In this document: positions 42,185 to 50,378 of the stretch, piece after piece
Position numbering within the stretch: the first letter of the stretch is position 1
Layout: each line of letters opens with the position of its first letter
Made by a program: the position numbers and the translations under genes
Source of the DNA: Clostridia bacterium
Lineage (GTDB): Bacteria; Bacillota; Clostridia; Oscillospirales; UBA644
DNA length: 64,000 nucleotides
Reading direction: 5' to 3'
NCBI GenBank assembly: GCA_017621705.1
Contig: JAGASR010000036.1
Span: 6,837-70,836, forward strand
The notes under the pieces: model-generated
What the model saw: only the letters and a program-made list of their open reading frames with translations
Told to the model about the DNA's origin: nothing
The model's database searches: none

Positions 42185-43842
42185 GAAATAAGATAATATC
42201 CGTTATTTTAGCGGTAATTTTTATCTGCGCATCACTCGGAATATCTACATTTGCTCAAATGAATACCGTCGGGGAGATCAATGATCTCCTCGACGATATT
42301 GTTGCTTTTAACCTTAACAAAGAAAACGAGAATGATACGCTTAAATGGCTCGCAAGCGGCGCGGGAAACGGAACCGAATTTTACGCAATTGCATTTTCAC
42401 AGAGGATCCCAGAATCTTCTCCGAGTTCGAGATACGATCTTTCGGATTTTGCGAAAGCAATGGAGAAGTTTCTTGACGAAAACGAAGTAAAAAATGCGGT
42501 AACAAAGCAGAAATACGCACTTTCGCTTATTGCGTCGGGCAAGGAAGACTCAAAATACGTTAACGAAATAACTAATTCAACGATCGGCGAGCTCGGAATA
42601 ATGAGCTTCGTTTTCGGTCTTCATCTTTTGAATAACGGTGCGGTTAGCGAAACACATACTGTCGAGACTGTTACAGACAAGCTTCTTTCTCTTCAGCTTG
42701 AAGACGGCGGATGGGCTTTGACGGGACAGTATTCGGACGTTGATATAACGGCGATGACCGTTCAGGCTCTTGCTCCGCACAGAGAAACGAATGATGAGAT
42801 TTCTGCGGCAATCGACAAAGCGATAGCGACGTTATCTCAAAAACAGTTTGACGACGGTGATTTTGCAAGTTACGGTGTTGCAAATCCGGACAGCGTAGCA
42901 CAGGTCATGATAGCTTTAACGTCTGTCGGTATAGATCCGTTAAGCGATGAAAGATTTATAAAAAACGAAAAAACGGTTCTTGACGGCATAAAAAAATATA
43001 TGCTCGAAGACGGAAGTTTCAAGCATACCGAAGACGGCGAATCAAACTACATGGCGACATACCAGGTTTTTCTCGGACTTACGGCGCTGAACAGATTTTA
43101 CGCAGACAAGGGTTCCCTTTTCATCTTTGAAGAGGAAGAGGAACCTATTATCACAGAAGATCCCGTTGAAAACGAACCGGAAAAAGAAGAAACCGTTGAA
43201 CAAAAAGAACCTGAAAAAATTGAGGAAGATATCCCCGAAGAGCCGCCTGTCAAAGACATTGTAAATATAAAGAGCGGCGGATACAAGCTTTGGGTAAGCG
43301 TGGCGGTGGCAGGAATTGCCGTTATTCTGATGATAATATGCGTCATCAAAAAGCAAAAAACAGGCACTTTTATTTTGATCGCGGCAGCGGCGACGTTGGT
43401 TATATGCATAGTATTTTTTACTGATATTCAGACGGCTGACAACTACTACTCGGCGGTCCCCGAAAAAGGTGAAACGGTCGGCACTGTTACAATGCAGATC
43501 CGTTGCGATAAGATCAAAGATCAGCAAGCGGATCATATTCCCGAAGACGGCGTAATCCTTGATACGACTGAATTTGCGATCGATTCGGACGACACGGTCT
43601 ACGATATCCTTACAGAGGCGGCAAGGAAATATACTTTACACCTTGAAAGCACCGGCGGTGACGGAATGAAATATATGTCCGGTATCAATTATATTTATGA
43701 ACTTGCATACGGCGATCTTTCGGGATGGGTTTATCTTGTCAACGGAGAAAGACCGTCTGTCGGATGCGATGCATACAAATTAAGCGACGGAGACGTCATT
43801 GAGTGGCACTACTCGCTCGAACTCGGCAACGATATTGACTGA
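42181..43842 (+). CDS. membrane protein with alpha/alpha-toroid (prenyltransferase/squalene-oxidase-repeat) domain, acidic linker, TM hairpin and C-terminal DUF4430 domain (transcobalamin-like architecture)
   Basis: Signal/anchor MRNKIISVILAVIFICASLGISTFA. Repeats LQLEDGGWA, KQFDDGDFA, MLEDGSFKH. E-rich linker, then two TM helices (YKLWVSVAVAGIAVILMIICVI, FILIAAAATLVICIVFF). C-terminal TVYDILTEAARKY...SGINYIYELAYGDLSGWVYLVNGERPSVGCDAYKLSDGDVIEWHYS is a strong DUF4430 pattern. Confidence 0.75.
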   Translation: MRNKIISVILAVIFICASLGISTFAQMNTVGEINDLLDDIVAFNLNKENENDTLKWLASGAGNGTEFYAIAFSQRIPESSPSSRYDLSDFAKAMEKFLDENEVKNAVTKQKYALSLIASGKEDSKYVNEITNSTIGELGIMSFVFGLHLLNNGAVSETHTVETVTDKLLSLQLEDGGWALTGQYSDVDITAMTVQALAPHRETNDEISAAIDKAIATLSQKQFDDGDFASYGVANPDSVAQVMIALTSVGIDPLSDERFIKNEKTVLDGIKKYMLEDGSFKHTEDGESNYMATYQVFLGLTALNRFYADKGSLFIFEEEEEPIITEDPVENEPEKEETVEQKEPEKIEEDIPEEPPVKDIVNIKSGGYKLWVSVAVAGIAVILMIICVIKKQKTGTFILIAAAATLVICIVFFTDIQTADNYYSAVPEKGETVGTVTMQIRCDKIKDQQADHIPEDGVILDTTEFAIDSDDTVYDILTEAARKYTLHLESTGGDGMKYMSGINYIYELAYGDLSGWVYLVNGERPSVGCDAYKLSDGDVIEWHYSLELGNDID

Positions 43843-43875
43843 TTTTACGTAAAACAAATGAAAGGAGGAACAGAT

Positions 43876-44754
43876 ATGAAAGCTTTTGACGGATATAATC
43901 CGATCGCAGTCTTTATTTATTATGCGGCGGTTGTGAGCGTTGGAATGTTCTGCATGAACCCGTGGATTATCGGATTTTCACTCGTCGGCGCGCTTGTGAC
44001 GTTCTTTATCCGCAACAAACTTTCGGGCGCAAAATCGCATTTGTTCTTCCTTTTAATGTTTGCCGTGATGGTAATAATAAACCCTCTTTTCAATCATAAC
44101 GGCGTTACGGTTTTGCTCGTAATAAACGATAATCCGATAACCCTAGAAGCGATAATTTACGGCATAGCATCGGGCGCAATGATAATCGGAATAATCTACT
44201 GGTTCCGCTCATTTTCGCAGATAATGACGAGTGATAAACTGCTTTATCTGCTCGGAAGCATCTCTCCGAAATTTGCGCTGATCCTTTCGATGACACTTAG
44301 GTATATTCCCCTTTTCGAAAAGCAGACACAAAAAGTCGTACATGCACAGCAAGCTTTAGGCCTTTACAGAGATGATGATTTTCTCAGCAAGATCAGAGGA
44401 GGAATAAGGGTCTTTTCGGTAATGGTAACATGGGTTCTGGAAAACGGAGTGATAACCTCGGACAGCATGACGGCACGCGGTTACGGAATTACGAAACGCA
44501 CACATTTTTCGATTTTCAAATTCAGAAGGCATGATATTATTTTAACGGTAACGACGGTGATCCTTTTCGCCGTAATGCTTCCTACGCTGATAACGGGCGC
44601 AATAAATTTTGAATACTATCCGAAGATCGTCGGAGAAGAAACAACGGTCTTTTCGGTACTCGCATATATTTCATACGGAATTCTGGCATTTTTACCGACT
44701 ATAACGGAAGCGGAGGAGAAGATAAGATGGAAATACTTAAAATCGAAGATCTGA
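43876..44754 (+). CDS. ECF transporter transmembrane (T) component, CbiQ family
   Basis: Start moved to ATG 43876 after AAAGGAGG. Polytopic. C-terminal ARG-type coupling motif SDSMTARGYG. Confidence 0.8.
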   Translation: MKAFDGYNPIAVFIYYAAVVSVGMFCMNPWIIGFSLVGALVTFFIRNKLSGAKSHLFFLLMFAVMVIINPLFNHNGVTVLLVINDNPITLEAIIYGIASGAMIIGIIYWFRSFSQIMTSDKLLYLLGSISPKFALILSMTLRYIPLFEKQTQKVVHAQQALGLYRDDDFLSKIRGGIRVFSVMVTWVLENGVITSDSMTARGYGITKRTHFSIFKFRRHDIILTVTTVILFAVMLPTLITGAINFEYYPKIVGEETTVFSVLAYISYGILAFLPTITEAEEKIRWKYLKSKI

Positions 44755-46361
44755 GCTTTTCATACCCGCTTTGCGAGAAAAAAGCGCTGAAAAATATTTC
44801 TTTTACGGTAGAGCGCGGAGATTTTGTGACTGTTTGCGGCGCCACGGGAAGCGGTAAATCGACCCTTATGCGTATGCTCAAAAAAGAGCTCATACCGCTC
44901 GGCGAATTGACGGGTAAAGTATACTATAAAGGCAAAGACCTTGACACATTAAGCGAAAAAGAGACGACGTGTTCGATCGGATTTGTAGCACAGCGACCCG
45001 AAGAGCAGATCGTTACGGATAAAGTCTGGCACGAACTTGCGTTCGGTCTTGAAAATATGGGACTGCCGAAAGACGTTATAAGAAGACGTGTTTCGGAAAT
45101 GACATGTTATTTCGGAATAGAGGACTGGTTCGAAAAGAGCGTAAACGAGCTTTCGGGCGGTCAGAAGCAGCTATTGAACCTCGCATCCGTAATGGTCATG
45201 CAGCCCGATATCTTGATTCTGGACGAACCGACAGCACAGCTTGACCCGATTGCGGCATCGGACTTTATCGCAACGCTTTCAAAGTTAAACAGAGATCTTT
45301 CGCTGACGGTCGTTATTACCGAACACAGACTCGAAGACGTCATCCCCGCCGGAAACAAGCTCCTTGCAATGGAAAACGGAGAGATCGTCAAATACGGAGA
45401 AACGAGATCGGCAATCAGCGCGCTTTACGGCAACAAAACGCTTATCGAAGGCATGCCCGCGGCTGTTAGGATCTTCAATAATTTCGAGATCAACACCCCC
45501 TGCCCTCTTACGGTCAGGGAAGGACGCGATTTTATCGAAAAGAATTTCAGCAACGAAATTCGGTCTGCAGACAAAAAAGAGCAGAAAAACGAGAAAAAAG
45601 ATGCCGTTCTTGAATTTTCGGACGTTTATTTCAGATACGAACGCGATCTTCCGGATATTCTTCGCGGACTTGACTTTACCGTATACGAAAACGAGATATT
45701 CTGCATCCTCGGAGGCAATGGGTCGGGTAAATCGACGAGCCTTTCCGCGGCGGCAGGCATCAATAAGCCGTATTCCGGAAATATAAAGGTTTTCGGTAAG
45801 AAGATAAAGGATTATAAAAACGGAGATCTTTATAAAAACTGTCTGTCTCTTTTGCCGCAGGACGTTCAGACCGTATTTTTAAAGAATACGGTAAAAGAGG
45901 AGCTTGCGGATGTGAATATGGACACATCGGATCTTCCGTATGACCTTTCCGAGCTTAACGAGAGACATCCCTACGATATTTCGGGCGGACAGCAGCAACT
46001 TCTTGCGCTTGCGAAAGTGCTTTCGACGAAGCCGAAACTTCTGCTTCTGGACGAGCCGACAAAAGGTCTCGATGCTTATGCGAAAAAGTCGATAATGGAC
46101 GTACTCAAAAAGCTCCGCGCCCTCGGAATGACGATCGTTTGCGTAACGCACGACGTTGAATTTGCGGCAGACTGCGCAGACAGATGCGCAATGTTTTTCA
46201 GAGGAGAGATAACATCGTGCTCTTCCCCGAAAGAATTTTTCTCCGGCAACAGTTTTTACACTACTGCGGCAAACAGAATGACGCGCGGTTATTACGGCGG
46301 AGTGACGACGGTTGCGGATGCCGTTGAAATAATGAAAAAGAACGGAGCGGCGACGAAATGA
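44727..46361 (+). CDS. ECF transporter ATPase, fused EcfA1-EcfA2
   Basis: Two Walker A motifs (GATGSGKST, GGNGSGKST), two signatures (LSGGQKQ, ISGGQQQ) and two Walker B motifs (LILDEPT, LLLDEPT). 28-nt overlap with the T gene. Confidence 0.9.
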   Translation: MEILKIEDLSFSYPLCEKKALKNISFTVERGDFVTVCGATGSGKSTLMRMLKKELIPLGELTGKVYYKGKDLDTLSEKETTCSIGFVAQRPEEQIVTDKVWHELAFGLENMGLPKDVIRRRVSEMTCYFGIEDWFEKSVNELSGGQKQLLNLASVMVMQPDILILDEPTAQLDPIAASDFIATLSKLNRDLSLTVVITEHRLEDVIPAGNKLLAMENGEIVKYGETRSAISALYGNKTLIEGMPAAVRIFNNFEINTPCPLTVREGRDFIEKNFSNEIRSADKKEQKNEKKDAVLEFSDVYFRYERDLPDILRGLDFTVYENEIFCILGGNGSGKSTSLSAAAGINKPYSGNIKVFGKKIKDYKNGDLYKNCLSLLPQDVQTVFLKNTVKEELADVNMDTSDLPYDLSELNERHPYDISGGQQQLLALAKVLSTKPKLLLLDEPTKGLDAYAKKSIMDVLKKLRALGMTIVCVTHDVEFAADCADRCAMFFRGEITSCSSPKEFFSGNSFYTTAANRMTRGYYGGVTTVADAVEIMKKNGAATK

Positions 46362-47044
46362 TAACGATAAAAAATGCCGCTCTTCGAAAAGTTTTAAAAA
46401 TAATCATTCCGTTTTTGCTTGTACCTTTGGCGCTTGCGATCGGAATATTCGTCCTTGAAGAAAAAAGTTACACTTTCATCAGCATTGCGGTAAGTATTCT
46501 TGCTCTCGTTCTTTTCATAAGCGGTTTTGAGAAGAAAAAGACGGGCACTCGCAGGCTGGTTATCGTTGCGGTCATGACGGCGCTTTCGGTCGTCGGAAGA
46601 TTTATTCCGCTGTTTAAACCGATAACTGCGCTTACAGTCATAACAGCGGTCTATATCGGCGGCGAGGCAGGATTTCTCGTCGGTGCGATGTCTGCGTTGG
46701 TTTCAAATTTCTGGTTCGGCCAGGGACCGTGGACACCTTTTCAGATGTTTGCATGGGGAATGATCGGTCTTATAGGCGGCCTTCTTTCAAAATATCTGAA
46801 AAAAAGTCATGCTCTTCTGATAATATACGGTGTGTTTTCAGGAATCGTTTACTCGTTTGTAATGGACTTATGGGCAGTGCTTTGGCATAACGATGTTCTG
46901 ACTGCGGAAATCTACATTGCGGCGCTCGTAACGGCGATACCGTATACGGTAATCTATTCCGTTTCAAACATGATTTTCTTTGCCCTGCTAGCAAAACCGT
47001 TCGGAGAGAAATTGGAAAGAGTAAAGTTGAAGTACGGAGTGTAA
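46358..47044 (+). CDS. ECF transporter substrate-specific (S) component, candidate corrinoid-specific
   Basis: 228 aa with about 6 TM helices. ATGA overlap with the ATPase gene. Last gene of the riboswitch-led operon. Confidence 0.7.
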   Translation: MITIKNAALRKVLKIIIPFLLVPLALAIGIFVLEEKSYTFISIAVSILALVLFISGFEKKKTGTRRLVIVAVMTALSVVGRFIPLFKPITALTVITAVYIGGEAGFLVGAMSALVSNFWFGQGPWTPFQMFAWGMIGLIGGLLSKYLKKSHALLIIYGVFSGIVYSFVMDLWAVLWHNDVLTAEIYIAALVTAIPYTVIYSVSNMIFFALLAKPFGEKLERVKLKYGV

Positions 47045-47051
47045 AAAACTG

Positions 47052-47084
47052 AAGGAACCGCACAAGAATGCGGTTCCTTATTGC
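47052..47084. terminator. bidirectional terminator
   Basis: AAGGAACCGCA-caagaa-TGCGGTTCCTT followed by ATT. Confidence 0.75.
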
Positions 47085-47094
47085 ATTTACTCTG

Positions 47095-47412
47095 TTATTC
47101 TAAACAAATATGTCTGTTGCTACTGACGATCTCAATTTGAATATCTTTTTCGAAAGATGATTCGTAGTGTTTAAATCGTCTCAAAATCGATATCATTTTT
47201 TCTGCTGCATCTTCGAATTCACGTTCAATAACATCAAGACCGATAATTTCGATGAAAATCGGTTCACCATACATATCTGTCAGGCAATCCCAAAACGCAT
47301 CCCAATTACAACCGTAATAATCGGGAAAATCCAACGATACCTGAATAATCTTATGCATCTCCATATAATATTTAACATTGCTGAAATTGATCGTATATTT
47401 CTTTTGACTCAT
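47095..47412 (-). CDS. barstar-family (barnase inhibitor) immunity protein, orphan
   Basis: The motif LDFPDYYGCNWDAFWDCLTD matches the barstar-family signature (fPdYyG.NlDAlwDcLtd). Start is at the second ATG (47410-47412) or the first (47413-47415), after AGGAGAG. Confidence 0.75.
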   Translation of the reverse strand: MSQKKYTINFSNVKYYMEMHKIIQVSLDFPDYYGCNWDAFWDCLTDMYGEPIFIEIIGLDVIEREFEDAAEKMISILRRFKHYESSFEKDIQIEIVSSNRHICLE

Positions 47413-47442
47413 CATACTCTCCTAAGGTATATTGGTTAACAG

Positions 47443-47474
47443 AACCCTCGGCAAGAAATATCTTGCCGAGGGTT
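47443..47474 (-). terminator. GC-rich hairpin after GH3 (probable terminator, weak U-tract)
   Basis: AACCCTCGGCAAGA-tatt-TCTTGCCGAGGGTT, 26 nt after the GH3 stop. Confidence 0.5.
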
Positions 47475-47499
47475 TACTATAACATAAATTGCTGAAAAA

Positions 47500-49581
47500 T
47501 TAAGATCTGATAGAGATATCGACAGTCTTGCAAAGCTCGTCTTTAACGGGGGAGCAAGTGCCGACGTAGATAACAGCGTCGCTGTCTTCGAGGAGAAGAT
47601 CGCCGTCGTTGTTATAAAGCATAAATCTGTCAACGGGGATATCAAATGTAACAGATTTCTTTTCTCCTGCCTTGAGCCAAACTTTATCGAACGCAATGAG
47701 CTGGTAAATGGGAGCTTCGGGTTTATTTTTATGACCGATATAGACCTGAACGACTTCGCCGCCGTCGCGTTTACCGAGGTTCTTTATATCGCAGGTAACA
47801 GTAGCACCGTTAACGCCGACAACTGCATCGCAGGAAACGTTGGAGATTTCATATTTATTATAGCCGATACCGTAGCCGAACGGATAGAGGGGTTTTTCGG
47901 TCATATAACGGTAGGTTCTGCCCTTGAGGGAGTAATCGGTATATTCGGGGAGCTGATCGTCGGAAGCGTAGAACGTTACGGGAAGTTTAGCGGTGGGCTC
48001 AACTTCGCCGAAGATGATCTCAGCGAGAGCCTTGCCACCGTCCTGACCGGGATAGAAGCACTGAAGAACAGCATCAGCCTGCTCGTCAGCAAAACGGAGA
48101 TCGATAGCGCTGCCGGAAACGTTGACAACGATAACGGGTTTGCCGACAGCCTTGATCATATTGAAAAGATCGAGCTGTGGCTTGGGAAGAGCGAGACCGG
48201 GCTTATCGCCGCCGAGGTCGCTGTTGTAAGCGTCGCCTTCTTCGCCTTCAAGCTGGGGATTGAGACCGAGACAGAGAACGACAACATCAGCGTATTTTGC
48301 GGCAATGAGAGCTTCTTCTATACTGCCGTGGTCGCCGCCGTCATTGGTATGTCTGGAACCGAGAGCATAACGGACTTCTTTGCCGTATTTTTTAGCGGCA
48401 TTGCGGATACCGTAAAGAGGAGTGGTATATTCGGAAGGAGTACCGTTATAGTTACCGAGGAGAACGGTGAGAGCATCAGCGTTCGGGCCGATAACTGCGA
48501 TATTTTTGATATTATCATCCTGTTTAAGGGGAAGTATACCGTTATTTTTAAGGAGAACGGTACAGCTTCTGGACATTTCGAGAGCGAGCTGTCTGTGTTC
48601 GGGGCAGTCAACTTTGGAATACGGAATGGAATCGTATTCGGTTTCGTCGAACATACCGAGATCGAAACGAGCTTCAAAAAGTTTTTCGCAGGCTTTGGTG
48701 ATGGTTTCTTCGCTTACGAGACCTTCCGCAACTGCAACTTTAAGATATTTGAACGCAGAGCCGCAGTTCATATAGCAGCCGTTATTAACAGCGAGAGCCG
48801 CACTTTCGGCTTCGTTTTTGGTGAGCTTATGGAAAGCGTTAATATCGCAGATCGCACCGCAGTCGGAAACAACATATCCGTCAAAAGCCCATTCGCCGTA
48901 AAGGATATCCTGAAGAAGTCTCTTAGAACCGCATGCAGGTTCGCCGTTTACACGGTTATATGCGCCCATGACAGCCGCAGGACGAGCTTTTTCGATAACG
49001 TATTTGAAAGCCGCGAGATAAGTTTCGCGAAGATCTTTTTCGTTAACGATAGAGTCGAAAGCATGTCTGCCCTTTTCGGGACCGCTGTGTGCGGCATAGT
49101 GTTTAAGGGTTGCGTCAACTTTTCTGTATTTCGGGTTTTCTTCGAAACCGTACTGCATACCTTCAACGAATGCAACACCCATTTCTGCGGTGAGGTACGG
49201 GTCTTCGCCGTATGTCTCATGGCCTCTGCCCCAACGGGGGTCACGGAAGATATTGATGTTGGGAGACCAGCAGGTAAGGCCCTGATAAATTCTGGTTCTG
49301 CCGAATTTTTTATATTCGTTATATTTTGCACGGGCTTCGGTGGAGATAGCATCTGCAACTTTTTTCATAAGAACTTTATCGAACGATGCAGCCATACCGA
49401 TAGCCTGGGGGAAAATGGTTGCAACACCGCTTCTTGCATAGCCGTGAAGCGCTTCGTTCCACCAGTTATATTCGGGAACGCCGAGTCTTTCGACAGCGGC
49501 AGCTTCGTGAGTGAGCTGAGAAAGTTTTTCGGGAAGAGTCATCTGCGCAACGAGCGCCTTTGCCCTTTCTTTACTTGTCAT
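47500..49581 (-). CDS. glycoside hydrolase family 3 (beta-glucosidase/beta-xylosidase-like), cytoplasmic
   Basis: FRDPRWGRGHETYGEDP, KHYAAHSGPE, GYVVSDCGAI (nucleophile region), and C-terminal fibronectin-like domain. No signal peptide. Confidence 0.9.
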   Translation of the reverse strand: MTSKERAKALVAQMTLPEKLSQLTHEAAAVERLGVPEYNWWNEALHGYARSGVATIFPQAIGMAASFDKVLMKKVADAISTEARAKYNEYKKFGRTRIYQGLTCWSPNINIFRDPRWGRGHETYGEDPYLTAEMGVAFVEGMQYGFEENPKYRKVDATLKHYAAHSGPEKGRHAFDSIVNEKDLRETYLAAFKYVIEKARPAAVMGAYNRVNGEPACGSKRLLQDILYGEWAFDGYVVSDCGAICDINAFHKLTKNEAESAALAVNNGCYMNCGSAFKYLKVAVAEGLVSEETITKACEKLFEARFDLGMFDETEYDSIPYSKVDCPEHRQLALEMSRSCTVLLKNNGILPLKQDDNIKNIAVIGPNADALTVLLGNYNGTPSEYTTPLYGIRNAAKKYGKEVRYALGSRHTNDGGDHGSIEEALIAAKYADVVVLCLGLNPQLEGEEGDAYNSDLGGDKPGLALPKPQLDLFNMIKAVGKPVIVVNVSGSAIDLRFADEQADAVLQCFYPGQDGGKALAEIIFGEVEPTAKLPVTFYASDDQLPEYTDYSLKGRTYRYMTEKPLYPFGYGIGYNKYEISNVSCDAVVGVNGATVTCDIKNLGKRDGGEVVQVYIGHKNKPEAPIYQLIAFDKVWLKAGEKKSVTFDIPVDRFMLYNNDGDLLLEDSDAVIYVGTCSPVKDELCKTVDISIRS

Positions 49582-49804
49582 ATAATTAACCTCCGTTTAA
49601 CGGTAGTATTTTCTAACTGTTTCAGTATAACATATTTTCATAATTTTGTCAATGTAACAAAAAAAAAATGATTTGTTTTTCCGATTAATTCCCGTAATAA
49701 ATTCGAACGTTAAAAAAAGAATAATATCGGACAGTTCACAAAAAATACAGAAAAAAGAGGGAACTTTTCCGTCCGAAAATCATCTTATTAAACGGAGAAT
49801 TATC

Positions 49805-50302
49805 ATGCGCCGAATAAATCTTATTTTAACGGCATTTTTTATTTTTACGATCACTTTTTTTTACGGGTGCGACGGCGCCGAAAAACAGGACTATCTTTCG
49901 GAGAGCGCAAGAACGTTAATGACCCGTATTGAAAAAAATACGGTACTTGAAGCGACGAGAGAATATATCCCCGAAAACCCGAACAGTAAAGATATTCTGA
50001 AAAACTACTATAAAATCGACGACCCGAAGATCCTCGATGATTTTTGCATACTTTTACCGTCGGGCAAAAACATTTCGGAGATCGCAATCTTTAATTTTTC
50101 AACAGAAGAAGCAAGACTGCAGATCGAGACGGCGGTTGAGAACCGAAAAGAGAATATCGTTTCTGTTTGTAAAGCTCTATACCCTGCCAAAGTATCGATT
50201 GCGGAAAGCGGAGAGATACTAAAATTTTCGAATGCAACGATCATGATAATAACGCCGAACAACAACGAAACCGTCAAAAACATCATTGACAACAAGGCTT
50301 GA
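49805..50302 (+). CDS. DUF4358-like lipoprotein
   Basis: Start moved to MRRINLILTAFFIFTITFFYGCDG (lipobox F-Y-G-C). The pattern ILKNYYKIDDPKILDDFCILLPSGKNISEIAIFNF resembles DUF4358, which commonly neighbours MBOAT genes. Confidence 0.6.
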   Translation: MRRINLILTAFFIFTITFFYGCDGAEKQDYLSESARTLMTRIEKNTVLEATREYIPENPNSKDILKNYYKIDDPKILDDFCILLPSGKNISEIAIFNFSTEEARLQIETAVENRKENIVSVCKALYPAKVSIAESGEILKFSNATIMIITPNNNETVKNIIDNKA

Positions 50303-50378
50303 TCTGTGGTATAATTAAAATGTATAATATCCGAAGATCCGGCAGATAATATATTAATAAAAAAACAAGGAGAAAGTC

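Noticed and set aside
47731-49671. 646-aa plus-strand ORF antisense to GH3, the longest alternative ORF in the window.
   Set aside because: It has no recognisable domain and no RBS. The minus-strand product has several GH3 signatures, so this is again a codon-bias shadow.
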